In this document: one piece after another, positions 61,463-64,000 of the stretch
Layout of the letters: each line of letters starts with the position of its first letter
Numbering within the stretch: position 1 is the first letter of the stretch
Source of the DNA: Amphiscolops sp. MND2022
Lineage: Eukaryota
NCBI GenBank assembly: GCA_964187785.1
Contig: OZ076409.1
Location: forward strand, 24,430,001-24,494,000
Direction: 5' to 3'
DNA length: 64,000 nucleotides
Program-made: the position numbers and the translations under genes
Notes under the pieces: generated by a model
Told to the model about the DNA's origin: nothing
What the model saw: only the letters and a program-made list of their open reading frames with translations
Databases searched by the model: none

Positions 61463-64000
61463 ATGGGAAATAAGAAAAACAGAAGATCTAGAAGACATAA
61501 AACACCTTCACCTGAGCGAGAATTGAGTGAAACACAAGTAGAAACGCCAATGCAAGGTAATGAAACTTTAACTAATGTTAGTACTGTTATTCAGGAACCT
61601 TTAGGTGAAAACGAAAACAGATCTAGTCTGATAGAACCTAGTCAGATCAGTAACGAAATCCAAGTTTGGACAGAAAACTTCGAACAAGTAAAACAGCATC
61701 AACAATAACAAAGACTAGTTCTGAACCAAATGAATCCACAATTTACAACCTTCGGGATCCAAAAGTATTAGGTCTAATAGAGTTGACGCATCAAATATAG
61801 AAAACTCAGATTTTGAAAACGAGGATGATCATCCCCTCAGAGCCTCTGATATGAGAGAATTAAGGAATCCTGCTAGACCACTTTGTCAAAATGAACCGAA
61901 CCTAGACGAAACAATAATATCAGAAGGAGATTCCGAGGAGGAGGATTACCACATGGTGACAGGAGCCAACAGACAACTCCATAGACCAAGCTCCCAAAAT
62001 CCTCAGTCTTTAAATGATACAGTTGGATCCCACGCAGATCAAACAACGTCAACATTGACAAACAAAACCCTTTGACCCAGTTAATCAAATTGCACAAGCA
62101 ATCGAGAAACCGGCCAATAAAAACCCCCAACAATCACTTTTTCACCCGAAAAACACATTGACATTCAATGGAAAAAACGAGAAATTCGAATACTTTGAAG
62201 ACCTGTTTCATACAACACTTCGCATGCAGCCGAATCTAACAGAGGAAATGAAAATTAACCACTTTTATGCACACCTCAGAGGTTTGGCATTAAAAACATT
62301 CAAAAACATACAAAGAACGCCATCTACCACACTGGAAGACATTCTAAAAGTCTTTCGCAGAAAATACGTGAAACCAGAATCCAGTGCCTCAGCAAAGCAC
62401 CGATTCAATAGACTTTTCTTTGACCCCGAAAACCAAAAACTACCGGATTTCCTTGAAGAACTCCAAGAAAGTGCTGAAAAAGCTTTCGGAGATAACGCAC
62501 ACCAGATGATAGAGAACCTACTCTATGCAAAGATGCCCCCTCACCTTAAAAAAATCCATCAACCAAGCATATCTCGAGAACGGCACATACGACCAGATCG
62601 TTAAACATCTCGAGAGGGAGATGGAGCTAAATGGTTTGGAAGCAGACGAAACCTCGGTCAAGACCCAAATGACCGTCACCAAAAAAGAACAAAATGCTGA
62701 AAAACCAACTAAAAAACAAAATGAGAAGTCTAAAGCTCAGACTCCAAAAACAGTACCTAACAAAACACTTAAAAATGACCAATGCCGGTACTGCAAGGAG
62801 ACGGGTCATATGATGGCTGACTGCCCCAATCTATTAAAACGGCGTAAACTTGAAGAGGACCCGGATGCAGAAAAATGCCAAAACTGCAATACACCAGGTC
62901 ATGAGGAAGACAACTGCTACTTCGGCGCCAACATGGATAACCGACCACCAAAGTGGAACCTCACAGAAGCCCAAAAGAAGGTTATCGAAGCGCACAAACA
63001 AGCTAGAAACCTATAAAACCAAAAATAGATTGACCTCAACAATCCTCTTCCAAGGATTTAAACTAAAAACGTCACGCCTTAGCAAACAAAACGCCCAAAT
63101 AACAACTACAAAACCACAAGGGTCAAGTGGATACAATAAACATACAACTTAAACAACTGAATACAGAACCAGACTACACACCTCAAACACACAATCAACC
63201 CGAAAACGATGAACCCCCACAAGAATCATACTATGAACTCATGAAAGATGCTCCCGACAAGTATTTTTCAGACAATACTCAAACCTCCCCTGTACCTACA
63301 GACAATTGACCAGAAATTCATCACCCGAGTACTTTCTCTTGCAATGAACAAAAACAACCCCTTTTAGATGAAGATATCACAAACCACGTCCAGCTTGACC
63401 AGGAACGCAACCTGTCAAACCTACCTATGTCAACCTCGCTAACATTGAAACGAAAACGTCACATGTACTACATGCCAATGGACTTCGAAAAACTCACACT
63501 TGACGGACTCATTGACACAGGAGCCCTGACTAGTGCAATCTCCGAACAAGACCTTAACAAAACCAAATTAATTGCAAATGAAGCAATAAAAGATACTGGC
63601 CTACCGCCAAATTTCCAAATTATGGTGGCCAATGGTCAACTAGAGGTACCAATCGGCACAGTACTACCCACTCATTGGTCTCTGCTTCCTTCGAAGAAAC
63701 AATGCAGTTTTTGATGTCACACAAGGCATCCTAACTTTTCCATACCTCTCAATGCAATTAAAACCAGACACACAAGTAACTATGCGTCAAGCAACACCAT
63801 TGTTTGCTAAAAATACATACACCCTCCAACCAGGCGAAACCCTCGCCATAGCAAGCAGAATGCCCCACCTGTTAGACCACGATGCAACAGGAATAGTCAC
63901 ACCTTCACCACAATTCGAAAGCCACGACAGCATTTTCATCACATCGTCACTTAGTACGGTCAACAATAATGCTATCGGGTACCAAGTAATCAACTCTTCA
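61463..64000 (+). mobile_element. Second Gypsy LTR retrotransposon, 5' part (gag and protease), decayed and running off the window
   Basis: MGNKKNRRSRR... N-terminus, then CA|TGGTGACAGGAG at 61952-61965. Capsid TFNGKNEKFEYFEDLF. Two CCHC knuckles (CRYCKETGHMMADC, CQNCNTPGHEEDNC). Protease LIDTGA. The 5' LTR start lies further upstream and is undetermined. Confidence 0.9.

Overview
AT-rich, intron-rich eukaryotic DNA, probably from an invertebrate animal; the taxon cannot be fixed from sequence alone. It holds two divergently oriented host genes. A FAM120-family (PIN-like) gene lies on the minus strand (5778 to <1723, continuing out of the window). A complete 9-exon arylsulfatase B/I/J-like gene lies on the plus strand (27230-50135, 517 aa predicted). 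Between them sits a decayed 17.4-kb Ty3/Gypsy LTR retrotransposon (8719-26083) with unusual architecture: (1) 2.4-2.9 kb LTRs that contain the first ~130 codons of gag, (2) a PBS that is itself read as coding sequence, (3) an 864-bp internal tandem duplication, (4) a ~3.9-kb ANTISENSE multi-intron gene between integrase and the 3' LTR that looks derived from a hAT DNA-transposase, (5) an array of five covarying RNA hairpins, and (6) a further sense ORF running into the 3' LTR. The sulfatase introns hold an intact Tc1 (DD34E) transposon with inverted inner binding sites, a dead CR1/L2-like LINE and a related solo LTR. The right end has Helentron/DINE-1-like insertions, a dead BEL/Pao element, a minisatellite and the 5' part of a second Gypsy element with the same LTR-gag-PBS design. 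All family assignments come from motif recognition by eye; no database search was run.
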